64,000 nucleotides of DNA from Dehalococcoidia bacterium (lineage in GTDB: Bacteria > Chloroflexota > Dehalococcoidia > Lucifugimonadales > JAGWBF01): positions 1,820,920 to 1,884,919 of the forward strand of contig OZ240206.1 of the NCBI GenBank assembly GCA_965197405.1, given 5' to 3'. Made by a program: the position numbers and the translations under genes. Positions within the stretch are counted from its first letter, which is position 1. The number at the start of each line of letters is the position of its first letter. Below the pieces are notes generated by a model. It was not told the DNA's origin. It saw nothing but the letters and a program-made list of their open reading frames with translations, and searched no databases. Shown here piece by piece: positions 1 through 9,156 of this stretch.

Positions 1-130
1 CGAGCGCAACGAGGCCGCCGCCATCATAGACTGGCGGTTCTCCACCCAGAGCCTGCCCTCGGCCACGACCGGGGGACGCTCGCAGTAAGCTCAAACATGT
101 ATATCCAATAGAATTAAATTGAAACGGTAC
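1..130 (+). mobile_element. 3' end of IS630-family element; transposase C-terminus frameshifted by a 25-nt insert
   Basis: Reads ERNEAAAIIDWRFSTQ, then after removing 50-74 DARSKLKHVYPIELN* (stop 120-122), like the IS630 C-terminal W-F-T---AR-KL---YP motif; ends GTAC followed by TA. Confidence 0.7.
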
Positions 131-138
131 TAGCTGTG

Positions 139-741
139 GGTAGTGTCTCGGTTTGCTTTATAATCAGCATAACAAAGAGGGGGTGGGAATAGGGTTGAGG
201 GTTCCACTTTATCAGTGATCGTGATAAGGCCCTCCCGCCAAACGTTCTGCCTCAACAATATAATCACTGGTTTCACGAATACGCCGTTCTGTTACTTCTA
301 TCGGGTCACAGATTCCTAAATAAAAGCACTCACCATGTAGAGAACCTTGCCTAGTATAATAACGACTTGACAATCTATCCACAGGAGGTGAGTCTTTAGC
401 CAGCTTATTTAGCTCCTGGGAAGTGATTGGTGATTTCTCAGGTAACTCCCCCGTCAAAGCAAGAATCAGGGCATCCGTAGCCCGCTTGGTCGCACACCAG
501 GCTTTCTCCGCTGCATCCCGAATATCGTTTGCTAACAAACGTTCAAGAGCAGAAGCATGAACAGCTTTAGCGTCCCTAAAAACGTCCGCCACTTCTGCTG
601 TTATCGTCATTTTATGCGCTCCTTGCACAATAATTATAAGAGTGTGGCATTGCAACACTGTAGTACAGTGGAATCACACCAGGAACTGTCAGGCGTTGCA
701 CTAGGGTGTCTTACCATCTAAATTCAAACTGAGACACTACC
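139..741. mobile_element. Non-autonomous inverted-repeat cassette (IS1-like ends) with passenger gene
   Basis: GGTAGTGTCTCGGTTTG at 139-155 vs CAAACTGAGACACTACC at 725-741 (16/17 inverted match); flanks TAGCTGTG / TAGCGGTG (7/8 direct repeat); AT-rich interior; no transposase. Confidence 0.75.
212..610 (-). CDS. PaREP1-like (HEPN superfamily) protein
   Basis: DIRDAAEKAW-AT...SLHGECFY pattern; ATG at 610. Confidence 0.65.
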   Translation of the reverse strand: MTITAEVADVFRDAKAVHASALERLLANDIRDAAEKAWCATKRATDALILALTGELPEKSPITSQELNKLAKDSPPVDRLSSRYYTRQGSLHGECFYLGICDPIEVTERRIRETSDYIVEAERLAGGPYHDH

Positions 742-1775
742 TAGCGGTGCTCCTCGCACCAGTCCTTCACCGCCCTGGGAATCTCCAGCAGGTTTTCCAG
801 CTTGCTGGCCAGGGGGATCGCGCATTCGGGGGCAATCATATCCACCCCCGCATCCATGCACCGGTATACCTCTTCCCGGACCTGTTCGGGGCCGCGGGCA
901 TACAGGGTTTCCGGGTTATTGACGTTGCCCACCAGACGGATGCGGCCAGCAGCGATCTCCACCGCCTTATGGGGGTCGTTCTTGGAGTCGAAGTGGAAGC
1001 AGGCCATACCGGACTGGGCGATGTAGTCCAGCCGGTCCAAGGTATTCCCGCAGATGTGCAGTATCAGTGGGCAGGGGATGCGCTCGACCATCTCCTGGTG
1101 AATCTCGAGCAGGAACTTGCGGTAATACTCACCGCTCACCAGGTCGCCGGTGGCGTGGTCGGGGAAAGTCAGCACGTCCGCCCCCGCCTCAATCTGGGCA
1201 TTGGCAAAGAGGACGGAAATCTCCTTCATCAGGTTTAGACACCGTTTGGTCTTATCGGGGTCGTCTATGGACATCAGCAGGAAGTTCTCGACGCCGAATA
1301 CGTGATACCCCAGGGTCCACGGCCCCATGGCCTTGCCTATAATGGCTACCTCGTCCCCGTACTCCGCCTTCAATATCTCCAGCGACTTGAGCACGCAGTA
1401 GTTGTCGGGGTGCTTCAGAAAGTCTTTCGGGATGTGAATGTCCTCCGGTCCCTTCCAGATGGGCCTGTACATGCGCACCGTCGGCCAGTTGTCCTTCTGC
1501 TCCCACTGCATCTCGCAGCCCAGCGCCGACGACTCCTGGATTATGGTAAAGACCGGCATGATGCTATCAAAGCCCAACTCGGTATACCCGGTGGCGGCCA
1601 GCCTGGCGTTCAGCTCCGGGTCGCGACAGGCATCCGGGAAAGGCGCATCCGTCAGGTCCATCAGCTCGACGGTGGCCACGCTGGTGGGATTGGATACCGG
1701 GGGCCGGTCCACGGGCTTCCCCGCAAGGGCGTTTAGCACCCGCTCTCGTGGCTTCATAGTCTCTTGGACCGGCAT
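741..1775 (-). CDS. MtaA/CmuA-family methyltransferase (UroD superfamily)
   Basis: M-PRERV-AL-G---DRPP start, GPWTL, LHICG, LVGNVN, APECAIP metal-binding motifs; GGAGG RBS. Confidence 0.85.
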   Translation of the reverse strand: MPVQETMKPRERVLNALAGKPVDRPPVSNPTSVATVELMDLTDAPFPDACRDPELNARLAATGYTELGFDSIMPVFTIIQESSALGCEMQWEQKDNWPTVRMYRPIWKGPEDIHIPKDFLKHPDNYCVLKSLEILKAEYGDEVAIIGKAMGPWTLGYHVFGVENFLLMSIDDPDKTKRCLNLMKEISVLFANAQIEAGADVLTFPDHATGDLVSGEYYRKFLLEIHQEMVERIPCPLILHICGNTLDRLDYIAQSGMACFHFDSKNDPHKAVEIAAGRIRLVGNVNNPETLYARGPEQVREEVYRCMDAGVDMIAPECAIPLASKLENLLEIPRAVKDWCEEHR

Positions 1776-1790
1776 AGCTCGCCTCCTCTG

Positions 1791-2114
1791 CTACGGGGCT
1801 TCAATGTGAATGACTTCTCCGCGTTTCACGTCGTGAAGGGCTTCCAGTACCTGAGGAATTAGCGGCCTCAAGTCACCAATGGCGTTCGTTTTCGCGGCGA
1901 GAACTATCGCTGCAACGTCCATTTCGGTTATGTTCTGCTCGTCTGGGATTCCCTGGTCGGCTGTAATGAGAACGTCGAAATCACTGCGGGCCAGCGCCAG
2001 AATCTCACCGTTGCGCTTGCCGTCCCATCCCATGTACTGAGCTGTCTGCACATCGTGCCCTGGCAGGTAGTGCCGCAACGGCTGAGGCATATTCTCATCG
2101 AATAGCAATCTCAT
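1791..2114 (-). CDS. DUF5615 PIN-like toxin (VapC45-like)
   Basis: MRLLFDENMP...HDV-T...MGW-G-NGEIL...DVLITAD. Confidence 0.8.
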   Translation of the reverse strand: MRLLFDENMPQPLRHYLPGHDVQTAQYMGWDGKRNGEILALARSDFDVLITADQGIPDEQNITEMDVAAIVLAAKTNAIGDLRPLIPQVLEALHDVKRGEVIHIEAP

Positions 2115-2559
2115 ACGCGACGCTCTCCAAAGCCTTTTTGGCTATTTCGAGTGCCTTTACAGCCTGCTCGCGTTTTACGGTCGGAAAGTGATTCAGGAAG
2201 ACGTCCAAACTATAACCGTATGCCAGATAGTCGAAGAGGTTCTTTATAGGCACACGCGTTCCCGCAAAAATAGGCGTCCCACCCACAGTATCCTCTCGGC
2301 TGTGAAACACTCCTTTCGCATTCTCGCGCACCCTCTTTTCGAACTCCTCCAACGCCTGCTCGCGGCTCACCGATGGGAAGTGGTCAAGGAACGTGTACAG
2401 GTTGAAACCAAGCTCCCGGTAGTTGAAAAGGTTCTCTACGCAAACGTCCGTTCCCTCGAACTTCGGCCCGTCTTCGATAATCCGAGGGCGGCACCGGGCC
2501 CCCTTTATCACTCTAACCGATGCTGTGCCTTCAGCCTCTGTCATGGATTGCTCCTTCAT
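2095..2559 (-). CDS. Tandem DUF433 antitoxin-like protein
   Basis: Two repeats of G-P-F-GT-V----LF-Y---G--L--FL-HFP-V-REQA; overlaps the PIN gene. Confidence 0.8.
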   Translation of the reverse strand: MKEQSMTEAEGTASVRVIKGARCRPRIIEDGPKFEGTDVCVENLFNYRELGFNLYTFLDHFPSVSREQALEEFEKRVRENAKGVFHSREDTVGGTPIFAGTRVPIKNLFDYLAYGYSLDVFLNHFPTVKREQAVKALEIAKKALESVAYEIAIR

Positions 2560-2632
2560 GGTTGTGGCAGTTATCTCAATGGCTCCGGATGGGGCGCTTA
2601 GCTGAGTCCATGTTACAAAAGCCCTCCCATGC

Positions 2633-3313
2633 CTACGTCGGCGGCGTGAATCCGGCCGTGCCCGTGGTGAGCTGGCCGCGCAGCGCTGCCGACTCCATCA
2701 TATTCTCAACAGCGCTGACGTTGCGAGCATAGGGAAGCAGGAGACGGGCCAGCTGGTCATGGCGATACCCACAGGGGAAGACCACCTCGGTGTCACTCAC
2801 CTGCTCCGCTTCGCCGTACCGTCTGAAACCCTGCACCAGCGCCCGCAGGCGCGCGGGTCTATTGGGGGCCTCTCCATCAGCCGATACCTCGTAGACCCAC
2901 TGCTCCCCCACCTCTCTGCCGGCGACGCTCAGCATGAGGGCGCTCTTGGTATCCTTCACTGAAACCTTACCTTCGGGGAGGGAGAGGTGGGGGTCCTTCT
3001 CCACCGCCTGCATCAGGAGGAACTTCAATGGCCGCGCGTGCAGGTAGCCACACTGGAACCTGGATTGATTTGGGGTCCCATCCACCGGCGTCAGGCCTCC
3101 CAGCGCCACCAACTGGTCTCGGATGCGCCGAATCCGCTCCTCGACTCCCGGCTTTTGGCTATAGGTCCAAATGGTAAATACGCCGTCCTTGACGTGAAGT
3201 CCGACGCTGATGTCCCGGAAATGGGGGTCCATCGGGACCAGCTCGACGCACCGCCCGTGCCGTTCGATGACGTCAGCTATCCGGATTGGGTCGGCCTTCT
3301 TCGTATCCGTCAT
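2633..3313 (-). CDS. Hypothetical protein with duplicated F-CGY-H motif
   Basis: 226-aa ORF with GGAGG RBS, co-oriented with methyltransferase genes. Confidence 0.65.
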   Translation of the reverse strand: MTDTKKADPIRIADVIERHGRCVELVPMDPHFRDISVGLHVKDGVFTIWTYSQKPGVEERIRRIRDQLVALGGLTPVDGTPNQSRFQCGYLHARPLKFLLMQAVEKDPHLSLPEGKVSVKDTKSALMLSVAGREVGEQWVYEVSADGEAPNRPARLRALVQGFRRYGEAEQVSDTEVVFPCGYRHDQLARLLLPYARNVSAVENMMESAALRGQLTTGTAGFTPPT

Positions 3314-3354
3314 GGTCCCGCATACCTCCCGAAGGTTCGCATAGCCCGGCCAAC

Positions 3355-4254
3355 CTATCCCCGCAGCGCCCTGGACAGCGCCCTGATATGGTCGGGGCCG
3401 GTCCCGCAGCAGCCGCCCACTATGTTAATGGACAATTGGGCCAACACCTCGAAACGCTCGGCCATCCATTCGGGCGTTTCGGGATAGACTATCTCCCCAT
3501 GCTCAATCCGGGGGATGCCGGCATTGGAGTGGACAATGAGGTAGCCATCGGTCAAGCCGCGCATCAGGCGGCCCAATTCCAGCATAAGCTCGATGCCGTT
3601 CCCGCAGTTGGTCCCGACCACGTCTGCGCCGGCCTCTCGCAGTCCGGTGACAGCCCGCTCAGGGGAGACGCCCATCATGGTGAAAAACCCTCTCGGCCCT
3701 TTGTCAAAGACCATCGTGGCCATCACGGTCAGTCCGGTGTTCTCCTTCGCTGCCCTGATCGCCAGACTCGCTTCCTCCAGGGAAGTCATGGTCTCGATGA
3801 CGACGGCGTCGGCCCCGCCTTCCTCCAGCGCCGTGGTCTGTTGGACAAAGGCGTCCAGCATATCGGCTTCGCTGACATCGCCCAGTGGTTCGAGAAACTC
3901 TCCCGTAGGCCCCACGGAGCCGACCACATAATGACCGGGCGGAGCAGCGCTGCGGGCGTGTTGCGCGGCCAGCAGGTTGAACTCACGCACGCGATCTCCA
4001 TACCCGTATTTCCTGAGCATGAACACGTTGCCGCCGAAGGAGTTGGTCAACACCATGTCGGACCCGGCAGCGAAGTAAGCAGCCGCCATGCCCCTCACTA
4101 TATCGGGGTGGCTGGCGTTGAACTCCTCGGGACATCCGCCAGGCTCCAGGCCGTTGGACTGGAGGTAAGTCCCCGTAGCCCCGTCGGAGATGAGCGTCTC
4201 ACCGGCGGCGAGACGGGTCATTATGGAGGATGGTCTGTCGCCCATCAGGTCCAT
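3355..4254 (-). CDS. Homocysteine S-methyltransferase family (stand-alone MetH Hcy domain)
   Basis: DGATGT, GSVGPTG, IETM, GTNC, SNAGIP, GGCCGTGPDHI Zn motifs. Confidence 0.9.
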   Translation of the reverse strand: MDLMGDRPSSIMTRLAAGETLISDGATGTYLQSNGLEPGGCPEEFNASHPDIVRGMAAAYFAAGSDMVLTNSFGGNVFMLRKYGYGDRVREFNLLAAQHARSAAPPGHYVVGSVGPTGEFLEPLGDVSEADMLDAFVQQTTALEEGGADAVVIETMTSLEEASLAIRAAKENTGLTVMATMVFDKGPRGFFTMMGVSPERAVTGLREAGADVVGTNCGNGIELMLELGRLMRGLTDGYLIVHSNAGIPRIEHGEIVYPETPEWMAERFEVLAQLSINIVGGCCGTGPDHIRALSRALRG

Positions 4255-4592
4255 CCTTCGGTCCAGTAGTCAATTGCCCCCGGCCTGGTATCCCGCCGGC
4301 CCGAGAGGTGCAGAGCGCGGATTCTCTCTGCAAAATCTTCGGGGAACCCCTTGTTGAACCGTTCGACCGTCAGGGCAGCGACTTCCCGGGCGCCGCCTTC
4401 AACCTCCGTGTACTTGCCCCACTCCCAGGCCGCCAGGTATTCGTCGCTGCCATTGCTGCCTTCCAGCATGGAGAGCGCGTCCACCCCTTTCTGGAACCGT
4501 TGGTCAAGGGGCATGGACACCTGACCCGACCGGTCTTCGGCCTGGACCTGCACCGGTATCTCCCTCCAGTACATGACCCGCACTTTCGCCAA
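4245..4592 (-). CDS. 'Virulence factor'-domain small protein of corrinoid methyltransferase clusters
   Basis: YWREIPVQV...L--RFQ--VD...SDEYLAAW; TTG start after GGAGG. Confidence 0.65.
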   Translation of the reverse strand: MAKVRVMYWREIPVQVQAEDRSGQVSMPLDQRFQKGVDALSMLEGSNGSDEYLAAWEWGKYTEVEGGAREVAALTVERFNKGFPEDFAERIRALHLSGRRDTRPGAIDYWTEGWT

Positions 4593-4725
4593 TGTCGTCC
4601 ACCTCCCCGTATCCAGCGGTCATCATGCAGTCTCAACCTTGCCCAGGCTATATCCGGGTCCCACCGAGGTTGTATTGATTCCCAGTCTATCACATCCCCG
4701 GCTGGCAGAGTAGCCGCCAATACCC

Positions 4726-4909
4726 CAGCGCCTTTCCATTCTCGGAAAATGTCGTTCCGAGCACCCCATCCCGTCATTCTGAGGAGCGAAGCGACGAAGA
4801 ATCTAAAGACCTTGACGGGAGAATCGGCCTTGACTTGCAAAAGGGATTTTAGACCCCTCACTCCGTTCGGGGTGACGATTAAAAGTGGGGTGACAATGGA
4901 AAGGCCCTC
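4726..4909. repeat. Family A MITE-like repeat with REP-like doublet
   Basis: Ends CAGCGCCTTTCCATT / AATGGAAAGGCCCTC; core GTCATTCTGAGG..GAAGAATCT and AGACCCCTC..GGGGTGAC. Confidence 0.65.
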
Positions 4910-4998
4910 CGAGAGTAGACGTCAACACGGCAGAAAAGATAAGCAAAGGCCTGTGACATAGGCTATAATGTCAGGAGTTTGTGCGACGGGGGGTGCGT

Positions 4999-5868
4999 AT
5001 GCCAGAGGCGCTGATAAACGGGGTGAAGCTTTATTACGAGGTAACCGGGCAGGGATTCCCACTGGTGTGGTGCCACGAGTTCGCCGGGGGACACGAGAGC
5101 TGGGAGCCCCAGGTGAGGTTCTTCTCCCGGCGCTACCAGGTCATCACCTACAACGCAAGGGGCTATCCCCCCTCCGAGGTCCCTTCCGACCCCGGAGCCT
5201 ACTCCCAGGAGCAGTCCATAGCCGACCTCCACGGCCTGCTCCGCCACCTTGGGATCCAGCAGGCGTATATCGGTGGACTCTCCATGGGCGGCAACGTAGC
5301 CCTGAACTTCGGCCTCACCCACCCGGAGATGGCCCGGGCCCTGATAGTGGCCGCCACAGGCTCCGGCTCCACCAATCCGGAGCAGTTCCAGCAAGACGGG
5401 ATGGAGATGGCCAGGCGTTTGGAGTCCGACGGGATGGAGGCCGTAGCCGAGGTGTACGCCCAGGGGCCCACGCGAGTCCAGCTTCTGAGAAAAGACCCCA
5501 GGGGCTGGGAGGAGTTCAAGCGGGGGCTTGTGTCCCACTCGGGTACAGGCTCGGCCCACGTCTTCCGGGGCGTCATACTGAGGCGGCGCACTATCTTCGC
5601 CCTGGAGGAGAGTCTCCAAGCCCTCGATGTGCCCACGCTAATCATGACGGGCGACGAGGACGAGCCTTGCATCGAGCCTGCCGTCTTTATGAAGCGCCAC
5701 ATTCCCAGGTCTGGCCTTGTGGTCTTTCCCCAGAGCGGCCACGCCATCAACCTGGAGGAGCCTGACCTGTTCAACCGCGCCGTGCTGGACTTCCTAACTG
5801 CCGTGGAGGCCGACCGGTGGGCGACGCGGGACACGACGGCAGGGGCGTGGTCCCTGCTGCCGAGATAG
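4999..5868 (+). CDS. Alpha/beta hydrolase
   Basis: GLSMGG nucleophile elbow, GDED, SGHAINLEEP. Confidence 0.9.
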   Translation: MPEALINGVKLYYEVTGQGFPLVWCHEFAGGHESWEPQVRFFSRRYQVITYNARGYPPSEVPSDPGAYSQEQSIADLHGLLRHLGIQQAYIGGLSMGGNVALNFGLTHPEMARALIVAATGSGSTNPEQFQQDGMEMARRLESDGMEAVAEVYAQGPTRVQLLRKDPRGWEEFKRGLVSHSGTGSAHVFRGVILRRRTIFALEESLQALDVPTLIMTGDEDEPCIEPAVFMKRHIPRSGLVVFPQSGHAINLEEPDLFNRAVLDFLTAVEADRWATRDTTAGAWSLLPR

Positions 5869-5893
5869 CCGTCAATAGCCAGGCCTGCTCTAA

Positions 5894-6808
5894 GAAACTA
5901 TCTCAAAATAGGATTGGTCTGAAAGGGAGAAAACGTAGGGGGTTCGGTTAAGATAGGGGAAACGCATGTGGTGGTGGATGATGGGAAAGAGCGAGACTCT
6001 GCCAACGATATGGGAAATATCCGATGGCCTGTGGGAGCGAATCGAACCCGTGATTTTGGAGTTGGACCCGCCCAAGGCGAAGGGGCGCAAAAGGGTGGAC
6101 CAGCGCAAGATGCTGGAAGGGGTCATCTTCCGTATGCGCAGTTCCTGCCAATGGAACCACTTGCCCAAGGAACTGGGGGATGACAGCACGATCCACCGGA
6201 CCTTCCAGCGTTGGGTAGAGCGTGGGGTACTGGATGGCATCTGGGCTGCCTTGATCGAAGAATGCCAGGAATTGGACGGCGTAAACTGGGAATGGCAGTC
6301 GGCCGATTGCTCCATGGGAAAAGCGCGTTTTGGGGGGGCGCCATTGGACGCAATCCCACGGACCGGGGCAAGGCTGGGAGCAAGAAGAGCATCCTGGTCG
6401 ACGGGGCGGGCGGGCCACTGAGCGTGGTGGTGGCCGGAGCCAATGTCCACGATACGAAACTCCTTAGGCCGACGCTGGAGAGCATAGTGGTGGACCGGCC
6501 GGAAGGGGTCCAAAACCTGTGCCTGGACAAGGGGTATGACAATCCCACCGGCCACGTGACCGTCGCCGACGCCGGATACCAGCCTCATATCCGGCGTATT
6601 GGCGAAGAGAAATTGGACCAATCGGGCGAGAAAACCCACCCGGCCCGGCGGTGGGTGGTGGAACGCACCCTGGGCTGGCTGTCCAAGTGCCGGGCGATAC
6701 TGGTGCGCTACGATAAGAAGCCCACCAATTACCTGGGCCTGCTTCAATTGGCTTGCGCCCTTATCTGGTACCGCCGCCTATGGAGCCTCGCTAATTTGAG
6801 ATAGTTAC
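5894..6808 (+). mobile_element. IS5-family element (915 bp), transposase split by -1 frameshift at TTTTGGGGGGG
   Basis: TIRs GAAACTATCTCAAA / TTTGAGATAGTTAC, TAA duplication; ORFs 5966-6421 and 6211-6804 with DKGYD and RWVVERT. Confidence 0.92.
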
Positions 6809-6847
6809 TAAGCAGACCTGCACTGATATTCTCAGGAGGGGTGAAGG

Positions 6848-8101
6848 ATGGTCAACTCAAAGGCGCCGGTCACTGTGCTCCAGGCAGACCGGCTTTTCGA
6901 TGCTTGCGGAGGCCCTGCCAGGGAGAACATGGCGGTGGTAATCGAAGAGAACCGAATCAGGGAGGTCGTCCCGAAAGAGCAACTGGCCGTTCCCCAAGGG
7001 GTTGCCTGGGAAACCCAGGAGTTTCCAGAAGCCACGCTCCTCCCCGGCCTGATAGACTGCCATACCCATACCAACATGCCGGCCAACGGCCGCACCGGTG
7101 AAGACGTGATACCCGACGGCGATGATATACGGCTGCTGCGTTCCGTCAGGAACGTCCGCATGGCGCTGGAGTCCGGGGTAACCACCCTATGCGACAACGG
7201 CGCCTGGAACCACACCGCCTTCTCCCTGAAGGAAGGCGTACAGCAAGGGCTGGTAGAGGCGCCGCGCCTGCTGGTATGTGGCCGCCCCATAACCACGACG
7301 GGCGGCCATTGCTGGTTCATGGGTTCGGAGGCTGACGGTGTAGACGGCGTGCGGATGGCGACCCGCCAGCTTATCAAGGAGGGCGCTGACTTCATCAAGG
7401 TCATGGCCACCGGAGGCAGTACCCTGACCAGCGACCCCTATCACCCGGCATACACCGTAGACGAGCTAAGGACCATAGGGGAGGAGGCCCGCAGACGTGA
7501 CAGGGTTGTCGCTGCCCACTGCCGTTGCACCGAGGGCATGAGCCACGTCCTGGATGCCGGCTTCGACATCATCATTCACGGCTTCTTCGCCGATGAAGAC
7601 ACCACCAGAAGGTTCGACCCCGGGGTGGCGGAGCGAATCGCAAAGCAGGGCGTGTGGGTGAATCCGACTCTCCACATAGGAAGGTCCCGGATATGGCAGC
7701 TGAGGGAGAAGGAGGCCGCCGAGGGGCTGACGGGAGAGGAGAGGGACATGCTGAACACCTCGGAGGGGTTCTACCGGAGCAGCCTTGAAGAGTGCGCCCA
7801 GCTCATTGACTTGGGGGTAGGACTGGTGGCCGGCTCCGATTGCGGTTGGGGGGTCTTCCCCTTTGGGGAGTTCGCCCATGAGATAAGCGCCCTGGTGGAG
7901 GCGGGTCTGACGCCTACGCAAGCCACTCTTGCAGGCACGAGAAACCCTGCCGAAGCGTTGCGCATCCTGGACAGAGTGGGGACGGTGGAGGCGGGGAAGG
8001 AAGCCGACCTGCTGGTCGTGGCGGGCGACCCCACCGTGGACATTTCCGCCCTCACCAAAGTGGTGGCGGTGTTCAAGGCAGGCCGGCGGGTCGGGGTGTG
8101 A
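6848..8101 (+). CDS. Metal-dependent amidohydrolase (prolidase-like)
   Basis: PGLIDCHTH, GADFIKVMATGG, AGSD, GKEADLLV. Confidence 0.9.
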   Translation: MVNSKAPVTVLQADRLFDACGGPARENMAVVIEENRIREVVPKEQLAVPQGVAWETQEFPEATLLPGLIDCHTHTNMPANGRTGEDVIPDGDDIRLLRSVRNVRMALESGVTTLCDNGAWNHTAFSLKEGVQQGLVEAPRLLVCGRPITTTGGHCWFMGSEADGVDGVRMATRQLIKEGADFIKVMATGGSTLTSDPYHPAYTVDELRTIGEEARRRDRVVAAHCRCTEGMSHVLDAGFDIIIHGFFADEDTTRRFDPGVAERIAKQGVWVNPTLHIGRSRIWQLREKEAAEGLTGEERDMLNTSEGFYRSSLEECAQLIDLGVGLVAGSDCGWGVFPFGEFAHEISALVEAGLTPTQATLAGTRNPAEALRILDRVGTVEAGKEADLLVVAGDPTVDISALTKVVAVFKAGRRVGV

Positions 8102-8127
8102 CGCCACAACCGGGCAATCACGTCTTG

Positions 8128-8298
8128 GCATATGTTTCCAAATGCGTTGCCTTAGGGCCTCCTCTCCCTTGACGGGAGAGGATTGAGGTGAGGGTGGTGT
8201 GAAGGTGTCGGAACAACTCCCCCTCATCCCTCACGCTACGCTCAGGGCAGGCTCTAACCTTCTCCCGCTAGGGGAGAAGGCACTTTGGAAACGCCCTC
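8128..8298. repeat. MITE-like repeat with CCCCTCA-CCTAACC-TCTCCC hairpin doublet
   Basis: CCTCTCCC..GGGAGAGG..GGTGAGGG and CCCCTCATCC..AACCTTCTCCC..GGGAGAAGG; right end TTTGGAAACGCCCTC then TTA; left boundary approximate. Confidence 0.6.
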
Positions 8299-8301
8299 TT
8301 A

Positions 8302-9153
8302 GAGGGTGTGTGAGAAATCTTGGACATGTATTAGAATGGAGGTATGAAACGCAAACCATACCCCAGCGACCTGACCGACGAACAGTGGGATGTTCTGGCT
8401 TCCCTACTCCCATCAGCCAAGACTGGGGGAAGGCCACGTACTGTAGACCTACGGGAGGTCGTCAACGGCATTGTGTACGTTCTGCGCAACGGCTGCACGT
8501 GGCGAGCCATGCCGCATGACCTCCCGCCTTGGGGCACCGTGTGGTGGTATTTTCGGGAATGGAGACAGGATGGTACATGGGAACGAGTCCATGAGGCCCT
8601 GCGGCCCAAAGTTCGGAAGGCCGAAGGCAGCAACCCAACACCTAGCGCGGCCATCATAGACAGCGAGTCTGTTAAGACGACGGAAAAAGGGGGCCTCGTG
8701 GCTATGACGCTGGCAAGAAGGTCAACGGTCGAAAGCGACACATCATTGTAGATACCACGGGGTTGCTGCTGGCGGTGGTGGTGGTGCATCCTGCCAATAT
8801 CCAGGATAGAGATGGAGCGAAGCTGGTCATCGATAAATTGATAGGGCGGTTTCCCCGCATGAGGTTGGTCTGGGCCGATGCTGGCTATGCTGGAAAGCTG
8901 ATCGAGTGGGTCTGGGCCCTGACAGGCTGGGCGCTCGAGATTGTCAAGCGCCCCAGGGACAGCCACCACTTTCAGGTGCTGCCGCGAAGATGGGTGGTTG
9001 AACGAACATTCGCGTGGCTCAGCAGGTGCCGTCGGCTGAGCAAGGACTACGAAGCTCTGTCCGATACAACGGAGGCCTGGATCCACATAGCTATGATTCA
9101 TCTAATGCTCCGACGCTTAGCACCAACCTAATTTGAACTTATCACACACCCTC
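8302..9153 (+). mobile_element. IS5-family element (IS1031-like), transposase frameshifted at AAAAAGGGGG
   Basis: TIRs GAGGGTGTGTGAGAA / TTATCACACACCCTC, TTA on both sides; [41 protein letters not shown]. Confidence 0.92.
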
Positions 9154-9156
9154 TTA

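Noticed and set aside
5890-6747. 285-aa and 299-aa ORFs opposite the IS5 transposases
   Set aside because: Antisense frames of the IS with no independent motifs
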